NCBI RefSeq assembly: GCF_006345805.1
Contig: NC_042997.1
Location: 90,768,001 to 90,832,000, forward strand
Direction of reading: 5' to 3'
Length of the DNA stretch: 64,000 bases
Source of the DNA: Octopus sinensis
Lineage: Eukaryota
The notes beneath the pieces were generated by a model, which did not search any database, was not told where the DNA came from, and was given only the letters and a program-made list of their open reading frames with translations. Of the stretch, positions 24,860 to 40,009 are shown one piece after another. The position numbers and the translations under genes are program-made. Every line of letters starts with the position of its first letter. The stretch's first letter is position 1.

Positions 24860-25125
24860 AGAAAAATACATGATGCGGTTCAGCAAAAACTGAATGGAAG
24901 AAACTAACATCCAGCATTATATATCAGGCACTAACCTGGGACCCACAAAAGAGGCATAAAAGAGGGACACCCGGAAAATAGTTGGAAGCAAGATAGTGAG
25001 GCAGAGCTGAAAATATAGGGATCCAACTGGAGAGAAGCAGAGGAGACAGCCCAGGGTTGAGAACAGTGGAGAAAGGTTGTTAATTGCCTATGCTTCAAAG
25101 GGGGCAAAGGGGTAAGTATATAAAT
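24860..25125 (+). mobile_element. Old RTE LINE 3' fragment
   Basis: Decayed translation resembles YQALTWDPQxxxKRGxPxNSW...WREAEETAQ...WRKVVNCLC, typical RTE RT C-terminus. Confidence 0.65.
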
Positions 25126-25608
25126 ACTAGAGAAGTTGTTTTGTACCATACAAGACTAAAGTGTGTATGTTATAATAGGAGCAAGAAAGCAATGCTAAGT
25201 ACAGACTAATAGAAGAGAACAATGACAACAACTACTGGTAGGTTATCAGTAAGAGATTTTGAATAGACAAACAGCATGTACTTGGTGGCAATATAGTGAT
25301 TATAATAGGGAGAATAAGTGAGAGATAAAAACAGAGATGGACAATAGTAAGTAAGAATGGTAAATGTCAATGAGCAGTGATATCGAGAAGAGAGTAGTGA
25401 ATAGAGATACATACACGTGTATATATATGACTGCAGCCATGCTAGAGCGCCACCTTAAAGGATTTTTTAGTTGAAGAAATCGACCCCAGGGATTATTCTT
25501 TGTTAGACTATTCTATCAGCCTCTTTTGCCGAATGCTAAGGTACGGGGATGTAAACACACATACATTGGTTGTCAAGTGATGGGGGTGGGGACAAACACA
25601 GATACAAA

Positions 25609-25645
<37 letters not shown>

Positions 25646-25889
25646 AAACATAGACAGACAGACAGATAGATAACAGGCTTCTTTCAGTTTCCACCTACCA
25701 AATCCACTCACAAGACTTTGCTGGTGCAAGGTTATAGTAGAAGACACTTGCCCAAGGTGCCACACAGTGGAACAGAACCTGGAACCATGTAGCTGAGAAG
25801 CAAGTTTCTTACCATATATACCCATTCATTTTTTTATTGATGTATACACCTTCCATCCTGCCCTTATTCTCAAGATTTTAGCACCTCAT

Positions 25890-26300
25890 TAAAAGATGCA
25901 GACAAAGCAAAGCTGGACAAGACCCTACGTGATAGTCTCTTCAATAACACCATCCCACCTGTGCTCTTATATGCAAGTGGACTACTACATAGAGGAAAGA
26001 ACATTGATCAGCTACGATGCAAAAGGCTATGAAAAGATCCAAGCCAAGATTATCATTGCTAGGGCATGTCCGAAACAAGGAAATTCAAGGACGGAGCTGA
26101 GTTGACAACGATTGGAGAATACTAAGAGCACAAGTTCTGCTGGACCAGAAGGCTCACAGAAAACTGGTGGACGTGTGCAGGTGCCAAGTGGTATTAAAGA
26201 AATCAGAAAAGCCACTAGGAAATCCTCCACAATGATGGGAAGACAACTTTAATGATTTGGTCCAGAATGGGAAAAAAAGAGGGCAATCAAGAAAGAATTA
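25890..26300 (+). mobile_element. Old RTE LINE RT C-terminal fragment
   Basis: LFNNTIPPVLLYAS...RLTENWWT...KWY...GNPPQxWED resembles RTE thumb region. Confidence 0.7.
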
Positions 26301-26354
26301 GGAGTATATTATCACCAGCAGTGTATAACAACATTCGACACTCTGACACAGTGA

Positions 26355-26388
<34 letters not shown>

Positions 26389-26429
26389 AGTGCGTGTGTG
26401 TGTGTGTGGTGTGTGTGTGTGTGTTAGTG

Positions 26430-26745
26430 AAGGCATGTGGCTTAGTGGTTGGGATATTTGGCTCATGACTGTAAGGTGGTGAGTTCAATTCCCAGTGGTG
26501 CACTGTGTCCTTGAGCAAGACACTTTATTTCGCATTGCTCCAGTCCACTCAGCTGGTAAAAATGAGTAGTACCTGAATTTCAAAAGGCCAGCCTTGTCAC
26601 ATTCTGTGTCATGCTGAATCTCCCTGAGAACTATGGGTACACATATCTGTGGAGTACTCAGCCACTTACATGTTAATTTCATGAGCAAGCTGCTCCATTG
26701 ATTGGATCAACTGAAACTCTCATCATTGTAGCTGATGGAGAGCTA
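26430..26745 (+). mobile_element. tRNA-derived SINE (same family as 12137-12422)
   Basis: ggcatgtggcttagtggtt...gagttcaattcccagtgg. Confidence 0.8.
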
Positions 26746-26754
26746 GTTATTTAT

Positions 26755-26788
<34 letters not shown>

Positions 26789-27782
26789 GTTGTTTTCAAA
26801 TGTGTGCCAAGATACAATGATGCGTGCAAAAAGTATCTTAGTGCACCAAGGATTTTTAAAAATGTACTTAAAGGTTTTAGAAAATCCATATTTATACTTG
26901 AGCATCTTCACAAACATGTTATTCATAAATGTGATTAATAAAACAAGATAAGTAATAGTTTTCTATATTTTTTTCTCTAAATCTTTGACTTTAGAAGTTT
27001 TTTTTAAACTTTCCATGAGATGTGAGCCGGGAATTTCAGAATTTTTTTATTTTAATTCCCAGTAAGTCAAAAAGTAAAAAAAAAAAAAAAAGTTGAAACC
27101 ATGAATTACACACATACACATACAAATGAGTGTGTGAATGTGTTTGTACAGACACAAAAGTACGGATATATATAAATATATGCATACACATGAACATATA
27201 TGTATACATATGTATATATGCACACACACATATACATAAACATATGTATATATGCACACACACATATACATAAACATATGTATATATGCACATACATATA
27301 CGTATACACATATCTACAAAACACACATAAATGCACATGTATGCATTTGTGTGTGATTACGAATACAAATGTATGGATACATATAAATATATGCACACAC
27401 ATCAACAAATATGTTTACTCGCATACATACACACAATGATTGCTTCACTTGTCATATAATAGCTGTCTCAAAAGATATCTGCACTGCATTAGGTTATAAT
27501 AACTCACACAAAACCTATGTCACTCTCTAAGTATCCATAGCTAAATTATCTGCAGACAAGTGCAGAGACTGTTTTAACTACGGATCCTTCCTTTATATTT
27601 TCCCAATAAGAGGATACTCAGAAGTTTGATATAGAAGCTTTCCTCCTCCAAGTGGTTTTACTGCACACTCAGACATAAACCCATATATATATTTGTTAGT
27701 TTTACATGCTTTTCTGCACCAGCATGGAATAAACAAATAATCATCCACATTCCACATACACACACTCATACATATATAAATC

Positions 27783-27851
<69 letters not shown>

Positions 27852-27873
27852 GATTTATACACATATACATATG

Positions 27874-27911
<38 letters not shown>

Positions 27912-28689
27912 ACACATATATAAATCATACATATTTGTGTGTGTGTGAATATACATATAGGCCCAAGTATAGCTGCGTGGTAAGAAGCTTACTTCCCAGG
28001 TTCAGTCCCACAGTGTGGCACCTTGGGCAAGTGTCTTCTACCAAAACTTGCATTTCAGATGCAATGATGTTTAGGAATAGTTCATGTTAGGGAAAATATA
28101 GCAGAACTAAATTTTAAAATATCCACCTTATTTAATGTTCAACCTCTAACTGCAGTATGTGGCATAATAAATGGCCATTACTAAAGTGCATTTAAGAAAC
28201 CAAATACAGTATTATGCAGTACACATATACTAGGTTTTTATGGTGGTTGGAAGCTCAAGAATTTAGTTAATTTCACTCACCAAGGAGATAAAACAGGCCT
28301 ATAATTTCTCAGTGGCTATATTTTAGCTGACAACCTTTTGACTTAAAGATTTATGATCTTCAATCACTATCACAATACTTCAGTTTCTTTTCAGTGATAG
28401 AAATAGTGTTCTCAAATGATGCTATCACAAACCATTTATTCTCTTTCCCTGCTGGTATCCATGAGATGGTAACATTCATGAATGTCTTTTAGTCGTTCAT
28501 GTCTTACACTCCCAAAGTTGATACACACAGTCTTTTCTCATGCTAAATCACATTCTATAAAAACCATGCATACACTATTGATGCCATCACAAATATTCCT
28601 GTGATGAATTGTAGATCACTGTCTGTGCCATATTATCACAGTCCATATTAATGTTGTTACCAATGTCCTTATGCTTAAGAACTGATTCA

Positions 28690-29100
28690 TTTTTATTTAC
28701 AAAACGTAATTTAGAAACATTTTCTAGGTTAAGATTAGCTTGTTTCGAACAACACAAGAAACTGTGCTCTTATATGGCTGAAGTACATGGACTCTAAATA
28801 AGGCACCAGAAAGAAAATAGATGGAACATGCACAAGACTTCTAAGAGCAGCATTTAACACTTAACATCAATTGGCAGTGCCATACGACTAACCAGGTTCT
28901 GTATGGTAACATTCCAAAAGTTATCTCCACTAGAGAGGAAAGAAGACTGAGATTCTGTGGACATTGCTTTAATATGACAGATGAAGGACATTTATTGATC
29001 AACTGGTTGAAGATGCTGATCTACTAAAGAGCAACCTATCAAATGCAATGCAGGAAAGAGAATTCTGAAGGCAAGTGGTTGGTGGTGTTCGTCAGTGAAC
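28690..29100 (+). mobile_element. Old RTE/RTE-X LINE fragment
   Basis: ETVLLYG...WTLNKAPERKIDGTCTRLLRAAF...NWQCHTTNQVLYGNIPKV...ERRLRFCGHC. Confidence 0.75.
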
Positions 29101-29292
29101 AATGTGGTAGGTAAGTAGGTACTTTCTAGGTTCTCAAATCTTACATTTGTTAAGTCAACTTAGATTACATGCCTCATCATATTACCTCATATAAAACATC
29201 AGAATCTATCCAGAGGCATATAGAAGAATTTGTAAACAATGTCTCTTCTCAGTAATTAATTTCTGTCTAACCTTTCCGTTACTACTGATAAA

Positions 29293-29342
<50 letters not shown>

Positions 29343-29809
29343 CTTCATATTATTGAAATTAATTCATACTTTAAGATTAGTTGAGAAAAAAACAAGGAAA
29401 ACATTAGGTGTTGTGATAAACAATGTAACTTTTATGCTAAGATTATTAGCTACCATTTGGAAGCTATTTTCCAGTGGCACTCAGAAACAAACAAAACAGT
29501 GGAGAGAGTACATGACCAGACTGCAACACATACAGTTCACTTCACCACTGCATGTCAAAGATAAACTGAAGACTGGTTGGTGTATCTGGAACAAAATATA
29601 GATTTGTGCATCACATCTAGTCATTTGGGCTACATGTGTTTAGAGGTCTTCTCAATCATAGCTGACTTGGGGACTATATAATTATTGCTACAACAACGTT
29701 CAAGTGTACAGTACAACAGAATGATTTCAGACAAGATATGTTGTATCAATCAATGATATCATCCATTAGATAAAAAGTTTCTCTCTTTACTTCCATTAAC
29801 ATTCAGCTT

Positions 29810-29970
29810 TAAATATCTGATCTCCAATTTTTGTTAAATCTATTCAACTCATTCATCTTATTTGTTGCCATCTTCTGTCTCTTTGGCACTCCCTCAGGAT
29901 CCAGTCTGCCAGCTTTTTCGGCCACATATTGTCACTCATACTCAGCATGTTCAGTCCAATTCCATTTGAA
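29810..29970 (-). mobile_element. Decayed RTE RT C-terminal fragment
   Basis: KWNWTEH...W..KLADWILRECQRDRRWQQIR resembles the RTE KWxWAGH...W motif. Confidence 0.5.
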
Positions 29971-32900
29971 TGATTTTTTTTTCACTTCCATACTAAACTA
30001 ATTACTACATAAACCACACTCTACCAAATTTGTTTTCCCTAATTGAGATCACCTTCTCCGAATGGAGCTACATAAAAATGCAAGTTACATGCATGCGCAC
30101 ATGTGTGCATGTGTGTGCTTCATACAGATATTTGTGTGTGAATATATACAATACAAATACTTGTTTGTGTATATGTGTATGCAAGTGTGAATATATGTAA
30201 TACAAATATTTGTGTGCGTGTTTGTGGATTGGTACCTGAATAAAACCAATACAAATATTTGTTGTAATCATGTGTATTTGAATATAAATACAATTATAAA
30301 TAGATTCCATTTATAATACCAAGAGACTAACTGTTCATCTAAAACACATAGAACACAGAATATTTGTCTTCCATACCATTCCAAACTAGGATTCTGAGTT
30401 TTAAAACATTAAAAGCAAGTTAATTTTAAATTGAAATAAAGAAATAAACACAAAAAAATAAACAAAGAGGCAAATGAAAAATTATTTTCATTAAATTATG
30501 AAAGAATTTAATTCAAAACAGTTCCAATTTAATGCAACATGGGAGGAGGATAAATTCCACACTGACATACAATTTTACTCAATCCTCCAAATTTGGATGG
30601 TTTACGAGAAGAACAGTCAGGGACAGCAGTAAAGAACTAGAATTAAATTAGTACTGCTGTTTCAATTGGGTCAAAACAAATACACTGAGGACCACATCTA
30701 GGATAAGTTAGATTGTCACCATGCCCAATTTAACTTATTGACAAAAGCTTCTCAGCTGTGTGCTCGTGTTACAAAGACAATGTGTGTTTTAAGATGTTCC
30801 AGTTCCCTAATTGCTCTTATATAGTATGTTATTAGCCCAGTCGAATATTCTTAGCATCTTATCCAGATATTGCTAAACAATAAGTTTCTGTCTATCCTCT
30901 TTCTGCAACAGTAAATATTAATTTCTTTTGTTTAAAGCACAATGGTGACTATTGCAAAGAAGTATAATGGACTCAACCGTTGGAGGGACACTAAAACAAA
31001 ATGACCTAGACAAAATTTGAACTCAGAACAGACAGAGTAAAACTAAAGCAAATACTGTAAAACATTAAGTCTTAATATATGCCATCTCCACCACTCCTAC
31101 ATCCATGTACCATTATTGTAAAACCAAGGTTCAATAATACTTAATACACACATACAGAGTCTACTAGGAACTAAACTATTATAATCTTGTCAAATCCACT
31201 TATTCAGTTGTTAATTCCCATATGTCACTCATACCAATAAATACTTAGGTTTTCCTACAAAAGACATAAAAGTTAAGTGTTAGTTTGCCAAGTCAGCGCA
31301 AAATAACAACTTAGGCCCATGCAGAAAACCACAGACAATGATAACAACACTAACACGGATAATAGCTAACCTAAGTAATAATTCAGTATCACGTTAAAAT
31401 GTTTGTTTCAGTTGAACTTTAATTTGTCTATCAAGCTGGAAATATTTCAGTTACTTATTTTCTTTTTGTTGTCATCGAGATTGATAATACTGATGTTATT
31501 TTCTTCTTCTTCTTTTACTTCAGTTAGATAGGAAAAGAAAAGTACTGTTTTTCTTTGTCATTTTTCTAATTCTAGAAACATGTTTTTGGTTGCAACATTG
31601 AACAAAGAATTGATTACAATAGTCAAAAGATTGTATCTTGGAATCCCAGAGCAGCAACTTAATCAGCTCATCTTTTTATAGAGTTAGTTACAACCCTTAA
31701 ACAAAGGAAATCTTGAAAAGTGGAACAACCAACAAATAAATAAATAAATATATGTTAAATCAATTAGTGAACAAACATCGCTTTCTTCTTTCCACCCATC
31801 CCACCCCCTTCACTACCACTCTCAGACAAACAACACATCAAAGAATGAAGAATTAAAATTCTCTGAATTTGAAGAAACATGATCTTAAAAATAAATTAAA
31901 AATCTCCAATTTTGACAAAACGAAAGGAATGGGAGACTGAGCCAATTAAAGAAACCTATTTTGACACCATCGAATTAATTTTCAGTGGTGTTTATTTTTA
32001 TAAATAACATATATTGAATTTAAGTGAAAACATATTAACAAACAGCTTCTTTACCAAAACATCACAGTCTAGCCTAATCAGGGGGGCATCAGATACTGAT
32101 GCAAGAAAAATAAGTCCAATTTCAATGCATTGCCATTTTGATAACTAAAGTGAAATCTGTGCCTTACAGCTACTTCTCTCTTTCTCTCTCTCTCTTACCT
32201 TTACTCCACACACACACACACCTAATACCATAAAATCTCTAAATGACTATAAGGTTTATTATCACATCTAGCAAGGAGAATCCATACACTATAACTTTTC
32301 ATACATTAATTGTATAGTATTTGAAGTGCATCATTTCATTAATTTGGTTTTAATTGATGAGATTAAACATAATTAGTTTAGCTTGACACTTACATCTATG
32401 ACCTAAGATCTGAACCATCAGTCAAGACCACAATATGGCAGGATGGGGAGGTTGTTGTTTAGCTCTAGGTCAGCTTTGATCAAACAGCCCTAGTGATCAA
32501 ACATGTTCCAAATGTATATCTAGAACTACATTATCTAATTAATGGATCACCCTTCTTTTTTTAAGACAGTAAAATGATCTTAAGGATAGATTTGGCTGTT
32601 ATTTCTAGTAGATTTAGCAACCATATCAAGGGTTGGTTGAACAATGAAGTTCGCAGCACATTTATTACATACATGTTCAAAGCACAATATGGCTTTTATT
32701 CTTGGTTTTTATCCACTGACAAGGTTGCAAAAGCAACGAAAATTTTGGAAGCAAAAATATGAATAATAAATGAGTGGAAATTGAACTGGTGTGTTAGATA
32801 ATAAAGCATTAAGACAATATGACTCTCCTCAGACACAACAAAATTTATTATAGGTGTTTTGTTAAATGGTATGTAGTAACATTCTTGGTAGAACATTTGA

Positions 32901-34201
32901 AGAGATGCTTTATCAAGCAGTTGTTGATATATAGTTTATCTTTATGTTCAAAGTTCAAATTCTATCAAGGCCAACTTAGATTTCCCTTCCTCTGAAACAG
33001 TGATTCTCAAATTCTAGATACTTTTGATTACTATTTTATTCTTTGTGGACCTACTTTACCATTCGGTGTTTTAAAACTAGTTCAATAGATACTTCTTTCA
33101 AAATTCCCATTTTGTTTTTCAGACATTCACTTGCATAGGTTTGCATTGAACTCTCTGAGAGAACATGTTTGTGGCCAGAAACATATTCAATTATGTAAAA
33201 CCTAGCTGTTTCATGCAATAAATGTACCATCATCATCATTTAACATCTGATGTCCATGCTGACAGTAGTTGGACGATTTGACCAGGGCTGGTAAGCTGAA
33301 GGACTGCACCAAACTCCAGTCTGATTTGGCATGGTTTCTATGGTTAAATGCTCTTCTTAATGCCAACCACTCAGAGTGTAATGAGTGCTTTTACATGCCA
33401 CTGGCACCACTTGAGTAACACCAGTATCTGCCATGACTATGATTTCACTTGGCTTGATGGATATTCTACTCAAGCATGGCATATTGACAAAGGTCTCAGC
33501 CATTTGTCAGCGAAGGTTATTCACAGACCATTAATATATTACTGTGGGTCCCCAGTTTACTATTTTACTAACACAGACCCCCAAAATTCTTATATGGACT
33601 CCCCAGTGGAGAACTACTGCTCTAAAGTATCAGTAAAATGGGTACTAGTAAAACTTGAAGAGTGAGTCATCTTACACTTATGGTCTATCAGAAGAAACCA
33701 TTACTGTAGACCAATAATTCCCAAACTTGTTTTTTCACCTGTCATTATACTCTCAATATAGTCTTAGGAAGTGAGCAAAAAACATGTAGCCAAAGCTGTG
33801 TGAAAGCCAGCTGATAGAAGCCATCTTTACACTACAGAGGAATTTGGATTTGTATCTGCAATAATTTAGGTGTTCAAAATGTATCCTGATGGATAATAGG
33901 TTTTTGGAGATATGGATAATTAGCAAAGTATCAAAAAATAAACAGCAGTAGACACACAAATTTGGTGACCCTTAAGTTTAGGATATTTCTTTCACTTTTT
34001 TGTCATTCTGCATTCATATGATGTAGTTGTCTGTCTACTTATCTACTTGCCTAGCTCACAGTTTGAAACCCTATCCATGTCAAACAAAATTCCTACTTAC
34101 TAAGGCAAAGGAATTTACTACTGACCAGTGAGTTGTTAAAGGACTTATATTAATATTAAAGGCCAGTTAAATACTAAAGTAACAGCATACAGACATACAC
34201 C

Positions 34202-34235
<34 letters not shown>

Positions 34236-34237
<2 letters not shown>

Positions 34238-34543
34238 AGCACCATCCGAACGTGGCCGATGCCAGCGCCGCCTTGACTGTCTTCTGTGCCGGTGGCATGT
34301 AAAAAGCACCAACTGATCGTGGCCGCTGCCAGCCTCCTCTGGCACCTGTGCCGGTGGCACGTAAAAAGCACCCACTACACTCACAGAGTGGTTGGCATTA
34401 AGAAGGGCATCCAGCTGTAGAAACACTGCCAGATCAGACTGGAGTCTGGTGCAGCCTCCTGGCTTCCCAGACCCCGGTCAAACCATCCAACCCATGCTAG
34501 CTCAGAAAACAGACATTAAACAATGATGATGATGATGATGATG
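34236..34543 (+). mobile_element. RTE 3' end with (GAT)n tail
   Basis: aaagcaccatccgaacgtggccgatgcc...ccaacccatgctag...aaacaatgatgatgatg; similar copies at about 33230-33510, 42820-42995, 47283-47475, 51445-51830. Confidence 0.85.
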
Positions 34544-37500
34544 CAAGAGAGAATATAGACGCAATGCAAGCCAGATAAAGCCAACTGGATCTGACCAAAT
34601 TCCAGCAAAGCTTCTTTTTAGGTTGCTCTGTAGAACGCGCACATGTGTGTGTGTTAGCTTTTATCTTTTACTTGTTTCAGTCATTAGACTGCAGCTATGC
34701 TGGGGTACTGTCTTCAGGAATCTTTTAGTCGATTGAACTGGCCCTAGTACTTATTTTTTAAAGCCTGGTACTTATTCTATTGGTCTCTTTTGCTGAATCA
34801 CTATGTCACAGGGATGTAAACACACTAGCATTGGTTAAGCAGTGGTGGGGGGGGGGACAAACACAGACACAAACATAGACATATATGATAGGCTTCTTTC
34901 GGTTTCTATCTACCAAATCCACTCACAAGGCTTTGGTTTGCCCAAGGCTATTGTAGAAGACACTTGCTCAAGGTGTCACACAGTGGAACTGAACACAGAA
35001 TCATGTGGTTGGGAAGCAAGCTTCTTTCCATGCCTATGTTGTCTACTTTATCTGTATTTTACTGGCAGCTTGTTTTCAAACCCTTAATGAAATTAATACA
35101 AAAGAAGAATCCCAGTATTGCTCCATAAATACAGCAAAGTATCATCAGCAGTTCATAAGCAACCAAATCACATTCATCTTCTAGTAACAGAATGAGTATT
35201 TGAGCAAGGATCAAGAAGTACCTGCACATCTCATATAAAACAATTTATGATAAAGACTAGTACATAAGACTCTAAGCAACACTAAAAATCTATACAGGAT
35301 ATCAAAAAAAAATAAATAATTTCATAGCTGATATCAGAATTATTATCACAAAAATCTATCAAGATCAGTCTTTCTAGTTATTATTTTTCTTCATCGAATA
35401 TCAATGCATCAGTCTAAAAGTCTCTGAAAGTTCATTTTTAAAAATTTCCCTGTGAGAATATTCAGAGAGCATTTGTAATTATCCAAACATAAATGTAAGA
35501 TTGTCTTTAGTTAGTTCAGTTTTATTGTCATTATATATACATACACAGAACAAAAGCAAGCTGCATCCCAAATAGAAGTAACAAAACTAAATAACAGCAC
35601 TAACAACAGCAAACTTATATGCACAAATTAATACAAACAAATGCAATTACTGAATTGCATAACAGTAACATAATTACATTAAATAAATATATTCCTGTCT
35701 GCCCACATACAAATATATACCAAGTAATAGCAGTGACTAACCTACGGAAAAAAAAATGATTTACTTTTCAGGGCTGTAAATTTTATGAAGAGAAATTACG
35801 TTGCACCATGTTCATACCTCTATAATGAGCATTATAGGAATATTAGTAGTGTCTCCCAATAAAATAGTAAACTATATTGTTGGCAGTAGTCATGTTATGC
35901 CAAATACTTTTATAAACCTTAGTTAATATTTCACATAAATTCATGAAGGAATGGCAATAATACTGTGCAGTACACATTACCAACTGCAGAACTGTCAAAT
36001 CAATTAGAAAGCATTATTGTATTGCACTGCAATTCAAAAATCAAAATAGCTACAAGAAAAGTTTTATCTTTAATATAGTGAAACAGAAAAAAAATACAGA
36101 TGATGCTGGGTTTAATGCTGTTTAGTCATGAGAAGCCTTCTGTAATCTAGTAAGGAACTCAGCAATGAGTTTCTATTGTTATAAGTAAGAAGGGATTCAC
36201 AACTTTACATTTTACAATCTTCAATACACAACATAGTCTATTTCATGATGAAAAGCCATAATGTTTATAGAACATTTCAATAGTTCTCACACTATCACTG
36301 AAAGTAAAACACCAGTACAAAATTGTGGATTCATGAAATTGTTAGAGCACTGAACAAAATATTTTGTAGCATTTCTTCCAACTCTTTAATTCTGAATACA
36401 TAGGCAGATGCAGTGAATTTGTTTATATCTACTAACAAAATGGTCTTCTTGTTAAAAACAGCTGAAGGAAGGCAACAAAAAAACTACTTTTGTTTTCACC
36501 CAAGAAAATTCCCTAATAAACACTATGTGCTTGTGGTGAAAGTCATTCATCAACAAGGTTGAGTAAGGAAACAATTTTGTCAGCCAACTCTCAATATTGT
36601 CACTGACCAAACCAACTACATCAATGCTGTGTACAAAATTCATGTTGACAGAGCAGTGAGCATGCACACATGAAAAGATTCCTTAAACCAACCTGCAAGG
36701 TGTCCTAGCTTCTTGAAAACTATGCTGAAAACGGGAGAGACAACCTGCACTCACAAACAGATACAAAGGTATCAACAAGCAACAAATACTCTATGCATCA
36801 CCCTCTAACCAACAATGCAAGCCTAAAACAGCAATACAGTTATAACATGTAACCTTTAACGATGACATAGATTCTTTTATTTGTTTCAGTCATTTGACTG
36901 CAGCCATGCTGGAGCACTGCCTAGAGTCAAGCAAATTGACCCCAGGACTTACCCTTTGTAAGCCTAGTACTTATTCTATCAGTCTCTTTTGCCAAACCGC
37001 TAAGTATATATATGACAGGCTTCTTTCAGTTTCCATCTACCAAATCCACTCACAAGGCTTTGGTCAGCCTGAGGCTATAATAGAAGATACTTGCCCAAGG
37101 TGCCACACAGTGGGACTGAACCTAGAACAATGTGGTTGGTAAGCTAGCTACTTACCACACAGCCACTCCTGCATCTGATCAACTTAGATTTCTAATGTTA
37201 TGAATTATCATTATTGGATGACCTAGACAAGTAAATATCTTGCTCTAAGTCACATTCACCACACACACACTCCCCCTACCACCATCCATATATATGCAAC
37301 ATGAACACCCTTGATGTTTCAAGAAACTACTTCTATGTGTTAACAATAACATCTGGAATATTATCATGGCTCAGAAATATGTCACTTCTAACAAGTACAA
37401 TACAAGTCTAAACATAATAAAATATCACTCCCAAGAGCAGAAGAAAGCTAAACTTTAATTTACAGCTGGTCTTTTTTAAACTGAAATTTTTTTTAAAACT

Positions 37501-38121
37501 TATATGATGATGATATGATGATATCTGCTAATAATGTGGAAGAGATTAGCTGTAAAAAAATGCTACAGCTAGTTACCCCTAATGTACACACACACAAAGA
37601 ATAAACACTTGCTTTTAGGTACTTTTGTGAGAATACCTAAAAGTGAAGGTTCGTTGCCTGGTGGTTAGGATGTTGTAGTCACAATGACAAAATCTTGGTT
37701 TCAATTTCTAACCAGGACAATGCATCTTATTCTTGAGAATAACACTTCACATGCTCCAGTCCACTCAACTGTAAATGTCTATCCCTGCAATGGACCAGCA
37801 TTCCATTCAGTGGGGATGTTGTAACTTCTGTTACTCATACACCTTGGAACCCAGGTAACCAGCCCCGCTGAGTCCAAAGACTCAAGACAGTACTTTCAGT
37901 TTACTGTATTCCTGTGGGATACTCTTTAGTAAAAAAAAAAGTAGGAAACTATATCTCCACCAGTAACAAATAGCTGTTGCTTAATATTAGATAAGAAGCT
38001 GGTTAAGTCCACAAACAATAGACCCTATTCAAGAGGCATTGAGAATCCAGGCAATTCTAATGCACTAAAAGTCTATCACACTCTATTCAGTAGATTTGTA
38101 GTCAAACATGTTTTAACTTAC

Positions 38122-38211
38122 CATTTATCATATTTGTCCCTTGGATAAGTATCAAACTTTATTTTTAATTTGCCATCTGAAGAGTTGATTTTAATCACAG
38201 TTCCAGAAAAC
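38122..38211 (-). CDS. MORC2: MORC2-like exon, chromo/Tudor-like domain (W-FSGTVIKINSSDGKLKIKFDTYPRDKYDK-W)
   Basis: ctcttgtacag / gtaagt; 90 nt, phase 2-2; resembles recalled human WYTGRVTAV...WKVKFD...DRW. Confidence 0.9.
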
Positions 38212-38736
38212 CTGTACAAGAGATTCAATAAAGGTACACTATGTAACAAACTGGCAGAGATAACATATCAATGTTGCCGAGTAGCAGCATTTGTTAAGTG
38301 ATTTTGTGTGTATTGTTACAGGTGGCCTGAAGTCAAACAGTGCACATGTTAATACACATATTAATACATATTAATGTGTAAATTCTAAATTCAGAGTTTA
38401 ACAAACATCAGAACTGTAGTACAGAGGGTGAAGTCTAGAAGAGAAGTGTTCACCAAAAGAAATTTCTCCAAGCTATTATTAATTATTAATTATTATTATT
38501 ATTATTAATTATTATTATTATTAATTATTATTATTATTATTAATTATTATTATTATTATCGAATAAAAGAAAGAATTCAAGAAACTGGAAAGATTTTCCT
38601 TTAGCTAAGTCTGGGATGAGCATTTTCAGACACTAACTTATACTAATAAACTAGTAACAGAGATCACTTACACTTCAATCAACCCCCTAAATTACGTTCA
38701 ATTGATAGAAGGAAAAGTGATCCACTAAACAGAAAA

Positions 38737-38972
38737 GGCGGCAAGCTGGCAGAAACGTTAGCACGCCAGGTAAAGTGCTTAGCGGTATTTCGTCTGCCGT
38801 TACGTTCTGAGTTCAAATTCCGCTGAGGTCGACTTTGCCTTTCATCCTTTCAGGGTCGATAAATTAAGTACCAGTTACGTATTGAGGTTGATGTAATCGA
38901 CTTAATCCCTTTGTCTGTCCTTGTTTGTCCCCTCTATGATTAGCCACTTGTGGGCAATAAAGAAATAAGAAA
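38737..38972 (+). mobile_element. tRNA-derived SINE, well-preserved copy
   Basis: ggcggcaagctggcagaaacgttagcacg...ttctgagttcaaattcc...gggcaataaagaaataagaa; inverted copies at about 39545-39725 and 40285-40480. Confidence 0.88.
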
Positions 38973-39757
38973 CAGTGTCATTAAAACTGACTCCTCAGTT
39001 TTAACACTTCATTCTCTACATTTTCTATAATTTTTTAATATTATTGTTAACCTCTTTGCTATTTTAATGTATTACTTTTAAACATAAACTTGATAGTCAA
39101 AACAACTTCCTTGCTATATCTGTTTTTAATCAACGATCTAAGGGAAACAACTCTAACCATACCACAAACATGGAATATTATCTACATAGAAACGAAAATA
39201 GCTTGTATGCATTTACAGTTCAAATTCAATGCATTTCATCGACTTCAATAAAAAAATTATATCTATATTAAACTCGTCTTGATTAGAAACTAGCTCTTAA
39301 AATATGTATTCAATAGATGAGTGACCCGAGTAACCAACAATGACGATTTACCCCTTATTAACACAAGCCATGAAAGTTATGAACTTATTAATGAGCTGGT
39401 CAATGCCCTCCCCATCCCCCGATTCCACCTAAGCAATAAGGGAGATAATTCTTACACTACCAATAAACAAAAATGTCAATATGAAGTTTTTGAGCAGAGA
39501 CAAAATATTGGTTTCAAATTTTGGTACAAGACCAGGAATTTCGAGAGAGCTGAGTAAGTCGATTACATTGACTCCAATGCTCAACTGGTACTTATTTCAT
39601 CGACCCGGAAAGGATGAGAGGCAAAGTCGACTTCGGCGGAATTTGAAATCAGAACGTTAAAACGGACGAAATACTGCTAAGCATTTTTTGCCTGGCGTGC
39701 TAACGATTCTGCCAGCTCACCACCTTTGGTTGAGACAAACTACTGAATCGTGTAAAT

Positions 39758-40009
39758 CAGTAGTCTTCAACCGGGGTCCATAAGAGATTTTTATTTATTT
39801 TTTTCTTTTAAAATTTACCTGCAATAAATTAGTTAAACGTCTACAATACACAGACTATTTTAATAATTATTTTATACAATTCCTAATAATATTTAATTAT
39901 AAAAATATAATAGAATTTTTTAAACATCACATGGCTAGGAGGGTCTGTCAGTGTAAAATAGGAAACTAAGGGGTCCACAGATAAAAAAAAAATTGGTTGA
40001 AAAATACTG
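39758..40009. mobile_element. hAT-type MITE
   Basis: TIRs cagtagtcttcaacc / ggttgaaaaatactg; 8-bp flanks gtgtaaat / gtctaagt (6/8). Confidence 0.65.

Noticed and set aside
33057-33199. Minus-strand frame W-FYIIEYVSGHKH... as the next MORC2 exon
   Set aside because: Poor polypyrimidine tract, weak gtaaag donor and no resemblance to MORC2.
37615-37636. Alternative terminal exon W-YSHKST* after 38122
   Set aside because: Phase fits, but it would truncate the domain; exon 16675-16705 has a better acceptor, a donor and matching homology.
39321-39557. Isolated + strand 78-aa ORF (also 32574-32762 and 36452-36667)
   Set aside because: No recognisable motif or splice context; length is compatible with chance in AT-rich DNA.
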